This document shows, piece after piece, positions 1 to 16,000 of a stretch of 41,861 nt of DNA. How positions within the stretch are numbered: the first letter of the stretch is position 1; each line of letters begins with the position of its first letter. The notes under the pieces are model-generated. The model saw only the letters and a program-made list of their open reading frames with translations. It ran no database searches and was not told the DNA's origin. The stretch comes from Spirogloea muscicola (Eukaryota), in NCBI GenBank assembly GCA_009602725.1, contig WELB01000006.1, forward strand, positions 191,760 through 233,620, written 5' to 3'. Made by a program: the position numbers and the translations under genes.

Positions 1-5256
<5,256 letters not shown>

Positions 5257-5258
5257 TG

Positions 5259-5295
5259 GACACCTTAGTGATGCCTTAGTAACACCTTAGTGACA
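5259..5295 (+). repeat. 11-bp tandem repeat (about 3.3 units) just after the ABCF3 stop
   Basis: gacaccttagt / gatgccttagt / aacaccttagt / gaca. Confidence 0.8.
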
Positions 5296-5534
5296 GACAA
5301 AGAGGTCCATGACCTCCACCATAAGCTCCTCCTTCTTGGCTTCCTACTTTTGTCAGGCTCCAACTTTGAAAGAGTACGTGTCACCAAGGGTGCCACTGAG
5401 CTTGGGTTTCCAGTTCGTATCCGTTCAGCAGTTGGGGTCCAGCCTGTCCAAAATTGATCAAAGCTGCAGCTGCCACTGATTATCTCCTGTGCATATTCAG
5501 CCGCTGCCTGCTGCCTGTTTCAGAGACTTAAGGA

Positions 5535-6200
5535 GCAGCTGTGAAAGGCCAGCCCAAAATAATGGGCGAGATTCAGAGGAAGTGACCAGCATCAAAAGCT
5601 GCTGATGATAGGAAGCCTCTCAGTAACTCCCAAGAGTCAGCTGCAGGTCGAAGTTAGTAGCAGAAAGAAACATTCCTGCGAAGCACAGAAAGGAGATCTT
5701 CAAAATGGGGCCGATGGCTGTGAAGTAGGCATCAGGGAAGGAGTTGCCAGGCTGGTATTGTCGCGGCAGCCAAGACATGGCAACATACAGATGCAAGGAC
5801 CTTTGGTTGACGCAACTAGGAGACGCTTGCCAAACAACTGAGCCAGCGAGCAGACAACTCTGACATTCGTTGCTCACCCCATGCTGGCCCATAATGCCGG
5901 GCTATCGCTTGTGGCGCAAGGGGCTGGAGGAGGTCGAGCCACCGAGCTTTGGACGCCCTTTGGATCTTCACTGCCAGTGAAAGAAGTGCATTTCCACAGA
6001 TTTCTGAAGTCCTGCTTATGTGCTGCTTTGGCACGACCAATTGACCCGCCTTCATGACCGATGGGACCAGGTCGGTGAGGTCGAAAGCGTCCAGTGTCAC
6101 CGCATCAGCGTTGACGCGATGGTCACTGCCAGGCGTGACCTTGACAAGGTCGACTTGCCTTGTGTGGGGACTGTCGGTCTTATACTTGACATGTGATGAT
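5535..6200 (-). mobile_element. Degenerate RLE-type (CRE-like) non-LTR retrotransposon 3' part (endonuclease C-terminus plus 3' UTR)
   Basis: The minus strand reads ...TRQVDLVKV...VNADAVTLD...LLSLAVKIQRASKARWLDLLQPLAPQAIAR..., then across frameshifts SLHLYVA...QPGNSFPDA and GSY*. This aligns with the better-preserved copy at 20265-20733 (LAVDVHGALGSQWLDLLARLARRA...RQGDSFPAA). The 3'-UTR hairpin is at 5538-5555. Confidence 0.65.
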
Positions 6201-6389
6201 GCCTGTATCTCCGAGGTTCATTCAGAGGGATGTGTTATTCTGGAGAGGGCGATGATCAGAAAGGGCTAGCCTAAGAATGTAGGAAGAGGTCAGAATGAAG
6301 TAGCCCAACATGAATCAATGACGACTCAGTAATTCATCACAAGAAATGGCCAAAACAAATAGCCCCTAGTTTGGTCAACAACTTGTGAG

Positions 6390-6750
6390 CGCGGCGCGAG
6401 TTATGGAGGTGGCAGCTGCAGGAGAGAAGCGTAGTTTCGAGCACTGGCGTGCCAGAGCAGCCGAGAACAATGAAAATTACTCCACAAATGAGACATTTTC
6501 ACAGCGTGGAAGGAGCCCCCTTGGAAGCATTACAATTGTGCTGTGGAGTCTGGGCCGGCGTCTCGGGCCAGGACGGAATGCGGCCGCACTTGAGACGCCC
6601 CAGCGACATGGATGCAAATTGCCCACATTCCGGCCTCAGATCAGATTGTGGTCCGGGCCTACAACTCGACGTGGACGTCAACAATTGTCGCACAGGATGA
6701 TGGGTTTCCAGTAGGTCTGGATGGGGCTTGGAACTGATAGAGCGAAGCTT
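6390..6750 (+). pseudogene. Decayed reverse-transcriptase core of a CRE-like non-LTR retrotransposon
   Basis: Across small indels: VSSTGV..., (V)EGAPLEALQLCCG (similar to GVxQGDPLGxLLFC), IVVRAY-LD-DV-TIVA from gcctac[aa]ctcgac[gtg]gacgtc[a]acaattgtc (AYLDD catalytic motif), then GLEL-RAK (GLxLNxxK). The motifs are in the expected order. Confidence 0.55.
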
Positions 6751-6759
6751 CTTCCAGAT

Positions 6760-7005
6760 GGGGCAGTGTTTGTGAAGTGCCAGCCAAAGAAAAATCAGCT
6801 ATCCAATATGTGGCTGTGAGAGTGGCCAAGTATGACGACGAGCATATTGACAGATTACATCACCTGCTGTGAGAGGCTAGCCCGAGAAAATGACAAGGTC
6901 TGAAAGGGCCGGAAGGGCGCACAGAAGGATAGACATGGGCCAGACATAACAGCTCCTCCGATCCAAGGCAGTGGCTGTGTAAGGCCAGCCCAAAGGAATG
7001 TACAA
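6760..7005 (-). mobile_element. Several short 3'-UTR fragments of the CRE-like family
   Basis: tggccaagta...acatcacctgctg (6823-6869) resembles 7920-7968. gctagcccgagaaaatgacaaggtctgaaagggccggaagggcgc (to 6920) and ggctgtgtaaggccagcccaaaggaat (about 6973-6999) carry the family hairpin and upstream box. Confidence 0.6.
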
Positions 7006-7023
7006 AATCCTAGTCTCCGAGAC

Positions 7024-7390
7024 GTGCGTGCTGTGTCCCGCAGGCGAGGTGAGCAGGCTGACTTCAACGCCGCTGGCTCGCTAACTCAGGGTATCGGATG
7101 CGCCTATCAAGAAGTGCGTGCTCGCCCATTGAGGAGAGGGGCTGGGGCCAGCCCAAAAAAAGAATGAACTAAGTACGAGAAGGTGGCCAGGGGAAGCGCT
7201 CCAGCGGTCCATGGCCCACGCCTTGCACCAGCGTGCTGGCCGCTGGAGCCTCGAGGTTGCTAAGAGCCCCCATGCTACTGTCTTCGCAATTATATTCTTG
7301 CTTTTTGCGCCATCCGGGGCCTTCCTGACTGTGCAGTCTTTTGGGCTGGCCTCTCACAGCCACCAGTCAATGGCGACGCGCTTTTCTCTG
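7024..7390 (+). mobile_element. CRE-like 3' end, interrupted at 7109-7200 by an opposite-strand 3'-end fragment
   Basis: gctgtgtcccgcaggcgaggtgagcaggctgacttcaacgccgctggctcg...|...cagcggtccatggcccacgccttgcaccagcgtgctggccg matches 20366-20497. The insert at 7109-7200 matches 29302-29390. The copy ends with the hairpin plus ccagtcaatggcgacgcgcttttctct. Confidence 0.8.
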
Positions 7391-7400
7391 GGTATCGTCA

Positions 7401-7700
7401 GGAAGAAAGTGCTCGCCCATAGAGAAGAGGGGCTGGCAAAGCCAGCCCAAAAACAATGGACAATGTCCAAAGCCAAAGAAAGAGGTGCCGAAAAAGGACT
7501 ACTCTACCAAACACGACATACTAGGGAAGCTCAGTACCCGCGAGTGAGCAACATCAGGTCAAAGTAGCTCGATGCAGGGAAGGAGGCACTCCAGCGAGAC
7601 CCGGAGGCGGCGGCCAGAGCGCGTCCTGCGCGCGTGTGGACGGCGTGGGCAAGGGAACGTTGGAACGATACCGCCAGGCACGTGCGAAAGACTTGGGGGA
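7401..7700 (-). mobile_element. CRE-like 3' end with intact C-terminal peptide
   Basis: Translates QVFRTCLAVSFQRSLAHAVHTRAGRALAAASGSRWSASFPASSYFDLMLLTRGY*. The 3' UTR has a perfect hairpin GGGCTGGC-TTT-GCCAGCCC (7430-7448) and terminal ATGGGCGAGCACTTTCTTC. A near-identical UTR lies at 39092-39194. Confidence 0.85.
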
Positions 7701-7709
7701 TTGCGTTAC

Positions 7710-7858
7710 CGCTGCCTAGTCACTCGTAGTTACTTAGTGATCCAGCCTACCCATTTCATCTCTCTCTTTTCTGGCTTTTTCTCGTCGCTTGCGCTTTTGG
7801 CCCCTTCGGACCTTGTCAATGCCTGACGGGCTGGCTGTTCACAGCCCTTGCCCTCTTC
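7710..7858 (+). mobile_element. CRE-like 3' end fragment
   Basis: gtcactcgtagttacttagtgatcca resembles ctcactcgtaactactgagtgatcca at 20571-20596. It is followed by ggccccttcggaccttgtc and the hairpin gggctg...cagccc (7828-7847). Confidence 0.65.
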
Positions 7859-7860
7859 GG

Positions 7861-8460
7861 GAGAAGTGGCACTCCCAATGAGGGAATGCGTGTGTATCCA
7901 GAGATGGGGAGGCCATGTGTGGCCAAGTACAAAGGCAAGCACATTGACTAATGTACGTCACCTGCTGCTAAGCTGACCCGCTCAGTAACCACGAGTCAGC
8001 ACATAGAGGTCGCTAACTGATGCTCGAATACCGGACGGCAATCGACAAGCTCTTGAATTACCAGCTAAGGCTCGACCAGCTTTCTCATGCAACGAATGAG
8101 CCTGCGCTCACTGCAGACAAGCTGACACTAGACGTCGCAAAAATGACAGATAGGCTGCCGGCATACCCATCTGGGCTGGAAGCATATCCTCGCGTCATGC
8201 ATATCCCAGACTCGCTATATTCTCAATTAGGGTATGGAAGCGAGGACCCAAGCAGCCGAAAGTGTCGATTGCGGCCGGAAGGAGGTGGTCAGAGTAGTGT
8301 CGGAGCTTTCTCTGCTCAGCACCCCCCACTGCGTGGCCAGCAACGTGTGTGGAAGCAAAACTCTTGTATGCCTCAGTCACCACCACGTCAACCAAGGCTC
8401 GTGGGCCTCCGCCAGCTTGTACACCCACACTGTCCAGGGTGCGACGGTGATGGCGTCCCT
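7861..8460 (-). mobile_element. CRE-like relic: restriction-like endonuclease domain to 3' terminus
   Basis: One frame: RRTLDSVGV...RALVDVVVT...AGHAVGGAEQRKLRHYSDHLLPAAIDTFGCLGPRFHTLIENIASLGYA*REDM...LSFLRRLVSACLQ*AQAHSLHEKAGRALAG...ASVSDLYVLTRGY* (final stop 7982-7984). It shows the D...DV...KxxxY...PxAxxTxGxxG pattern of RLE non-LTR elements. Terminal CATTGGGAGTGCCACTTCTC at 7861-7880. Confidence 0.85.
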
Positions 8461-8461
8461 G

Positions 8462-8664
8462 GAATGGGGGCAAGGGCTGCGAAAAGCCAGCCCAAAAAAA
8501 GGTGACAAAGGTTCGGAGGGGCCTACAAGCGAGTAGCAGCTACGAAGGGGCCTGAAGATGCGATGTCAGAACAGGGGGAGGATGGATCACTCAGTAGTTA
8601 CGAGTGAGGAGCCTCAGATCCGACAGACTAGCTGCCGGAAAACTATCCCCCTGACGAAAGCCGG
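8462..8664 (-). mobile_element. CRE-like 3' end, close paralogue of 20515-20717
   Basis: The reverse complement matches 20515-20717 with few substitutions. The same antisense peptide (CQNRGRMDHSVVTSEEPQIRQTSCRKTIPLT) appears in ORFs 8558..8983 and 20154..20621. Confidence 0.9.
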
Positions 8665-9170
8665 GAGAGCCGCTTTCTGTCGTCAAAGACGTCAGCAAGA
8701 GGCGCTCAATAACCACGGGTCAGCAAAGTTGCCGAATCAGAGTGACCAGAGGAAGTGGGAAAAGCGCAAAGCACAGAGGAACCGAAAAAGCTGTCAGGCC
8801 CTCGAGCAACCCGGGCCAGAGCTGGGGACCCCGCCTCGCGGCGAAGAATCTGGAGCCCAGCCTGATTCTCGGCGCCACCGCCCGCTCGTTTGGCGGCATG
8901 CGGGGGGGCCCAGGCCCGACGCCACCGCCCCCGGCGTGTCTGGCGCCCGCCCGGCAGCCCGGGCGGGGGGGCCACTTAACTGAAATCAATTTGCGGCTGG
9001 AATGAGCTCGATGGGCTTCCCCGGCGGCTCCGCTCTGGGGAGCCGTGACCGGGACCAAAATCACTGGTGGAAACGGTGACGAATACCGCCCCGCCGGTTA
9101 GAGGCCCAGATGTGACTGTCAGGCCCGTGATGGAAATCGGTGACGCACCCCCCTCCTCCCCCTCCCTCCC

Positions 9171-9348
9171 NNNNNNNNNNNNNNNNNNNNNNNNNNNNNN
9201 NNNNNNNNNNNNNNNNNNNNNNNNNNNNNNNNNNNNNNNNNNNNNNNNNNNNNNNNNNNNNNNNNNNNNNNNNNNNNNNNNNNNNNNNNNNNNNNNNNNN
9301 NNNNNNNNNNNNNNNNNNNNNNNNNNNNNNNNNNNNNNNNNNNNNNNN
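9171..9348. other. Assembly gap in the GC-rich promoter/5' region of the PRAF gene
   Basis: Run of N flanked by very GC/CpG-rich sequence. Confidence 0.99.
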
Positions 9349-10074
9349 GCGGGCGGCGCGCGGCGCGCCCTCTGGCCAGAAGGTCGCGCGGCGCCCGCGC
9401 GTGCCGCTCGTCGCTCCGACTATGCTGCTGGGAGGCCGTGCGACGGCCTGAGGGCGGGGCGGCGAGCGGCGCGCCGCTGTCGCGCTCGACCAGAGCAGTG
9501 GATTGTCGACGAGACCAGTGGGCCTGGACGATGGGATCGCTGTGACCAAGGGGGCTTGCGACGTGCTTGCCCTGAGCACTGCAATTGGGAATGAGCAATG
9601 AAGCAGGTGCGGAACAGCTTACCACTCTGACGAACGCTCACTCCTTGTCCGTCAGGACCTGTTCTCACCATCAGTCTGACGGTGTGGGCGTTGTTAGGTT
9701 TGGCCGACCAAGGAATGGCTTGCATAGGCCCATTAGCAGTGTGAGATCCGCACTTGAAGCACGACAAGGTGAAGCTTGGCTGGGTCCTGCGATACTGTGC
9801 TTCGACCTAGCAGAGACGAAGCCGGATCGGCATGTTCCTCTTGCAAGCCCTTAGTATAGGTGTCAATATTCTATGCATGACTTCAGCAGAAACGAGATGG
9901 AAGCAATATCTGAGCGGCTGGGCTCTGCAATCCACCTTCATTGACCTGAAATGCAGGTGGTGTCTGCAGATGGTGCTCGCTAGGTGACTGTAATTTCGGG
10001 CCCAAGCCCCTTGGGAGACCCTCGGATGTCAGGACACTGGAAGGGCAAGCAGGGCTCCGCGGGGGCCACTTGAG

Positions 10075-13000
10075 ATGGCAAAGCAGGGGCAGAAGCTGCC
10101 TCCTACAAAAGCTGCCGAGCAGGTGTTCCCTCGTGGAGGTCCTGCAGAGCGAGACATTGAGCAGGTACTGCTGATGATTCACTTCTTGAAAGTCTGACAG
10201 TCTCCTAAGTTGTTAGTAAGATGACGAAAGGGAGCAGTATCTCATGAGAGAGAGCTTTGCCACCATATGCTATGGAGCGGAGCTCATCGGGGACAAGTCT
10301 AGGCTTGAATGTGCAGATGACTTGAGTTTCATTCCAACTGGGGTGCCAGAGTGCTCTGTATGGTTGCCGGATGCATGGGCGGTTCAGAAGAAACAGCAAC
10401 ACCTGCTGAACAATTTGAGTACTATCATGATTCCTTGTGCAGGCTATCACTGCTCTTAAGAAGGGCGCAAATCTGCTGAAATATGGGCGAAGGGGCAAGC
10501 CGAAGTTTTGTTCCTTCAAGCTATCAGGAGTAAGTGATCCTCGTGACAAGGACCTCAGCAGCTCACAACGAGGGATGGGCAAGCTCTACTTGCAGCATCT
10601 TACATGGATATGGTCCTCATCTCTCACACTCCAAGGGAGACTTGTGTAATGCAGGACGAAGCAGACTTGGTCTACTACTCAGGAGCGTCAGAGAAGACCC
10701 TTACATTAAGTACTGTGTCTTCAATATATCCTGGGCAGCGAACAGTAAGCAGAGAAGGATCAGCATGTTTCAGCTTGTAACTGCTGAGGATGTACTGACC
10801 AAATGAATTTATGCGTTGTAGAGACTCTGACCTGCTAAGTCACTGCTGCAATGTGAGACTTACTATCTTGAACAATCCAGCACTTATTAAACACGATCTG
10901 AACGACCACGAGTCTCGCTTTTCAGACTGCTAATTGAGGTTGTTAATCTGTCTCTGGCAGCCGGTTTTTAAGCGTTACCCACGACCAGACAAAGAGTACC
11001 AGTCATTCTCCTTGATCTATCAGAATGGGGAGCGTTCACTCGATCTTGTAAGTACAGCTTGACCCTCTGAATATGGGTCGCGAGATGAAATCCCTGTGGT
11101 TATGTGTTGCCATTCACTTTTGTCCATCTGATTCTGAGCCCTCGTGGAGATTGAAAGGACTGTTGCTGCACAGTGACAAGTCCTTGCACTATGTGCTCAC
11201 CGCAGATTTGCAAGGACAAGGACGAGGCAGAGATATGGTTTATGGGATTGAAGGCCCTCATCACAAATGTCCGGAAGCCCAAATTCGAAAGTCGAGGCTT
11301 GGGTGGGTCAAGGTCAAAGGTTGCATCATCTCAGGAGTTTTACAACAGTCCAAGGAGCAGCCTCCTTGACATGGCAAATTACGGCAGCCAAGACGAGTTG
11401 CAGGTAGGCCCCCATTCCGAACCTCCTGCCTTACTCACAGTCCTGTCTTCCTCGGGACATTGTATCTCGCTAATGATCAGCAGTGTCTCAGTGGCACTGA
11501 AGGGCGTCCAGGTGACTCCCGCCATTGCCTCGGCTCTCATCCTTCTTGTCAGCCCTTGCCGCCATGTTGCATACGCTTCCTTTTGATAGGTATTCACTGC
11601 AGAACAGCGCCAGCACCAGCTGAGTTTATTCGTGTGCAACTCTCTGTGTTGGCAGAAGGCTATTGCCGGTGGCTCTTCTCAGGGGGGTACCTCGCAAAGA
11701 TCATCTACTCCAGGTTCCCCCAGCAGGGAGAACTCTGAGTTGCCCTCCCCTCAGGAAGGTGACGGGAGTGGGAATCTGGACCCATCAGGCCCACACCACG
11801 TTTCCAGGGGCTCCGATGACTTTGCTCAGCTGTTAGCCGAGATGAGGCAATCAGGGGAGATCTTGTTTGATGCTGGCCCAGCCAGTTGGTCAGGCCGCAG
11901 GTCCCCTGGGTCGTCTCTCATGGGTGCTGAGTTGCTAGAAAGGCGGGGAAGGGTATCACCAGGCCTGGCGGGTGGCGAGAAAAGCAATGGCGCAGTCCTG
12001 CTATTGGCGTCCGGCAGATCGCCTCCTCCTTTTGGGAGCTTTATGTCGTTGGTTTCGGAAGACTCTTTTACGCACACGACCAAGAGTGCAACTTTTGGCG
12101 AGTGGAAATACAGTGGAAGATTAGACATGCGGCAAAGCCGGGAGTTGTCAACAACGAGTAGCCAAGGCTCAGGAGCTGAGGGCGAAGATGAAGTGCTGGG
12201 AGACGTGCATGCCTGGGGAGAAGGCTTGGCAGGGGGAGTTCTTGGAGGAGGGGTGAGAAAGGGAAGCCTGGCAGCAATGGGATCCGGAGTGGCTGAAAGC
12301 ATCAGTGCAACCTCTGATGCCCTCCTGCCCCGAGCATTAGAGTCATCGGTGGTGCTGGACGTCATTAATATTGCTTGCGGTGGACGACATGCTGCTCTGG
12401 TCAACAGAAGAGGGGAGGTTAGCCATGCTACTGACTTACACTCTGACTTTGTGTACTTGGAGAACTGGGTCGCCGCTTGTTTGTATCATTCAGAGGAGTC
12501 AGCTTGTGCCTTTGCTACTTTCAGTACTTGCTCCAAGCACTCCACTTTGACTATACTTCAGTATGCACAAAGCAGGTCTTTTGCTGGGGTGAGGAATCAG
12601 GCGGTCGTCTGGGCCATGGCACTGATTGCGATGTCCCCCATCCTCAGCTAGTGGAAGCTCTTGCAAGCACCAATACCGTGCAGGTAGCGAGCCCATCTTG
12701 TGTGTCAAAGAAGAGACCAGGACTTACTAGTTGCTATGAAACCAAGCACGCATCACTGTATGCACCACAGGTTATCATTCCATTTGTAGTATTCACATAT
12801 AACCTTCCCACAATTTGTGGACAGTATTTTAAAGAGTAGATGGCACTTACAATGCACTTGAGTGCTTGTTGTGCCAGGTGGCGTGTGGCGAGTTCCACAC
12901 ATGTGCAGTGACTCAGGCAGGGGAGGTCTACAGCTGGGGAGACGGGACACACTGTTCAGGGCTGCTCGGGCATGGGAATGACATCAGCCACTGGATACCG

Positions 13001-16000
13001 CGCAAAATCAGTGGACCCCTGGACGGGCTGGTTGTCAGGCAAGTCTCGTGTGGCCCATGGCACAGTGCTGTCATCACTGAAGCGGGCCAGCTCTTCACCT
13101 TTGGAGACGGCACATTTGGTGCTCTGGGCCACGGCGACTATAAGTAAGTCTTTCATCAGCAGGGACATGGGCAACTTATTTGCCTGAATGTGAAGTACAT
13201 CTCTGACTCCGTCTATTGACTCGGTTTACACCTCCACTTTTGCTGGCCATTGATAGCTGTTATAGATTTGCTTGGAGCATTATAGTGCCTGAGCTATGTC
13301 ATTCTGACAACCTGCCAAGCAGGAGCTATTCTACTCCGAAGGAAGTGGATGCATTCAAAAACATGTATGTATCCACAGCAGCCTGTGGAGTGTGGCACAT
13401 GGCAGCCATTGTTGAGAGACGTTCAGTCCTCTTACCAGGCGATGTAGCAGGGGCTCTCGAGCCTGCAGACGGGTTCTTCTCTCCACCTGGTTGGTAACCA
13501 CCACAAGCAATATGGCACAGCAACCTCTTGTATATGGAAGCATGTCAGGATATTTATTGCTATCCCGGCCAACTCAAATCTGTGGGCTACTCTCAGTGAC
13601 TTGCGGTACTCCCCTTTCCGGCTGTGAGAGTGTGTAAATGGAGCAGCCCCTGTCAGACCTGAAGCCGATGCACAAACATGTCAATGCTGCAGGTGACCTT
13701 TATACCTGGGGCGATGGCGACAAAGGCCGGCTTGGGTTCAAGCCTGAGAGCAGTTCTGCTGTGTCAGTGCCGATGATTGTTGAGTCCCTGCAAGGACACA
13801 GCTTCAGTCAGGTGGCCTGCGGTCACTGCATCACTGTGGCGCTGACCTTCCTGGGACAAGTTTACGTAATGGGAAGCAGTGCTTACGGCCAACTCGGTGT
13901 ACCAGGAGCTTCTGGTCGAGATCCAGGTATACGTACACCACAACAAGTAGGCAGATTGAAGCATTTCCTTTCATTGCTGCCAAACTCTGAAGCCTGACAA
14001 CTGGCTTTGTGACGCTTGTCTCCATCTCAGCGCAGCCTTCAAGCTTACACCTGGCAATGTGCAGTCTTTGGCAGATGGGCTAACGCAAAATTTGGATTGT
14101 CATCATGCAGTGCTTGTGGAGGGTAAATTGAAGGGATCTCCTGTCGAGCAGATTGCATGTGGTGCTTTCCATGTTGCAGCCTTGTCCATCACTGCCGAAC
14201 TCTTCACGTGGGGCAATGGCGCAAGTGGAAGGCTTGGCCACGGTGACAGCAAAGATCGAGAGTCACCTACTCTTGTGACAGCGTTGAAAGACAAACGCGT
14301 CACGCATGTGAGGAGCCTGACCGAAATATGTCAATCATGTGTTGTCAGATGTCTCTGTGCGAGCAATGAGTCATTGTGGAAAACGTTTGTGAAATTGGCA
14401 CTTCAGAGGGGTGAACAAGTGATTCCTGACATACTGAGCAGGAAGTTAGCTTGATTTTTGATGAGATATAGAGCAGCCTGTGGTCATGAAGCTTTCTGAG
14501 GATCTCTTTTACTCCATTGCTGTCACGCGACTCTCAACACACTGAAGATGTGCTGTTGTGCAGGTGGCTTGTGGGGTTAGTTACACTGTGGTCATCAGCC
14601 AGCACAAGTTTGTGACTGGAGCAGACCATAGCATGTGCACTCAATGCAAGCAGCAGTTTGGCTTCACCCGCCATCGCCACAACTGCTATCAGTGTGGTCA
14701 CATATTCTGCAGCTCGTGCTCCTCCAAGCGGGCCTTGCGGTAAGTTACGTTCTCTCCTTCCTGTATGAACTCTTCAATTGCATGTTTGCAGTAAAATGAA
14801 TGGTCAAGTGAAGGCCAGTTGTATGGGGTTGACGGGAGCACCTTGTGTCAGGGGCGCGTGACAGCTCAACATGCTCAATACTCCTCACCAAGGTTCCCAG
14901 ACTGAGCACATTTGTCATGCTTTGGCAGGGCTGCAATGGCTCCAGACCCCAACAAGGCCTACAGAGTTTGTGACTCCTGCTTCCTGAAAATCTCTAATCT
15001 TGGTGAGGGGGGCGAGCTCGTTACTAGCTCCATGCGATCTATACCTGGGACAAAGTGGAAGGCTGCAAGAGGAAAGCTGGAGACAAACAGATCTTCTGGT
15101 GCGTGTTGCCTTCCGTAGTGGTGACTTTGTTGGGCGCTTTGTATCTGGCCAAGAACCTTCTCAGGTTGCCTTGAGGATTGCCAGCAGGCCAGATGTATGA
15201 TCAGCCTCCGTCAAGTCTCAGCAGATCAGTGGAGCAGTAGGTTTGCTGCTGTGAGTGCGAGCCCAATTTGCATGACAAAGCCTGCACAGGGTCTCCTCCT
15301 CAGCTGTAGCTTAGCTTGTGTGATATGCTTGCAATGCCTCGTGGACCCCAGCTGCTGTCAGAAGTGGGACTGACAAGCCATAGAGCACTGTCACCTGTGC
15401 CACGCACACTTGCTGCAGCAGGAGGCCCCACGTTTCTGCCCTCTGTGTCGAAGAGCTATCCTCCTCCGGCCCCAGGCGCCGGAGCGCCAGGCAGCAACCC
15501 TGGCCCTGGTGGCCAGCGAGCAAGGGGCACCAGGTGGCCGGGCGAGAAGTCTGACCGCATTCATCCGGCGCCGCAGTGGGGTATCGTCAACGCTCCCCCA
15601 TCCTTTCCAAGGCCTGCACAGCAACAGATGACTGGAGCTGTGGTGAACGCGACACAGCCAGCTTCGTTGGGCCAGTCTGCAGCACGACCCAGCGACCTGC
15701 CTCCACTTGTTGGCTTGAGCGGCGGGCTTGACAGAGTGAGGGACAGTCAATCAAAAGCAGTGGCACAAGTGGTTCCCAGGGAAATTATAGCTTCAAATAC
15801 ACCGAGACCCTCAACAGCGCCGAGTGGCTCGAAAGGAAGTGCAAGCTCCTCTGCGTCGTCTGCTGTGGTAGATGATCTCAAGCGCACCAATGATGCCCTG
15901 TCCTTGGAGACCGTCACATTGAGGAGACAGGTGCGTGCAGAGTGGATATATTTCAGCGTAGGCCGCAAGCCAAGGATCAATTGTTGGGGACAGGCCATTT

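Noticed and set aside
6600..6700. DQIVVRAYNSTWTSTI as a retroviral or Polinton integrase motif
   Set aside because: There is no DDE context. The flanking QGDPLG-like and GLELN-like motifs fit a frameshifted AYLDD RT motif better.
7430..7455. Hairpin plus homopolymer as a rho-independent terminator
   Set aside because: The context is eukaryotic, and the T-run precedes the hairpin (an A-run follows it on the other strand), which is the wrong polarity.
7109..7510. Recurrent palindromic repeats as a CRISPR array or REP elements
   Set aside because: Spacing and orientation are irregular, there are no cas genes, and the repeats are explained as retrotransposon 3' UTRs.
9045..9150. Repeated tggaaa(t)cggtgacg and GGCCCA motifs as defined promoter elements
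   Set aside because: They are plausible but too short to support, and the transcription start is probably hidden in the adjacent gap.
9418..9451. Peptide TMLLGGRATA resembling antisense [10 protein letters not shown] near 17030-17058
   Set aside because: Nucleotide similarity is weak, the match is short, and one copy is antisense to a real exon. Chance is likely.
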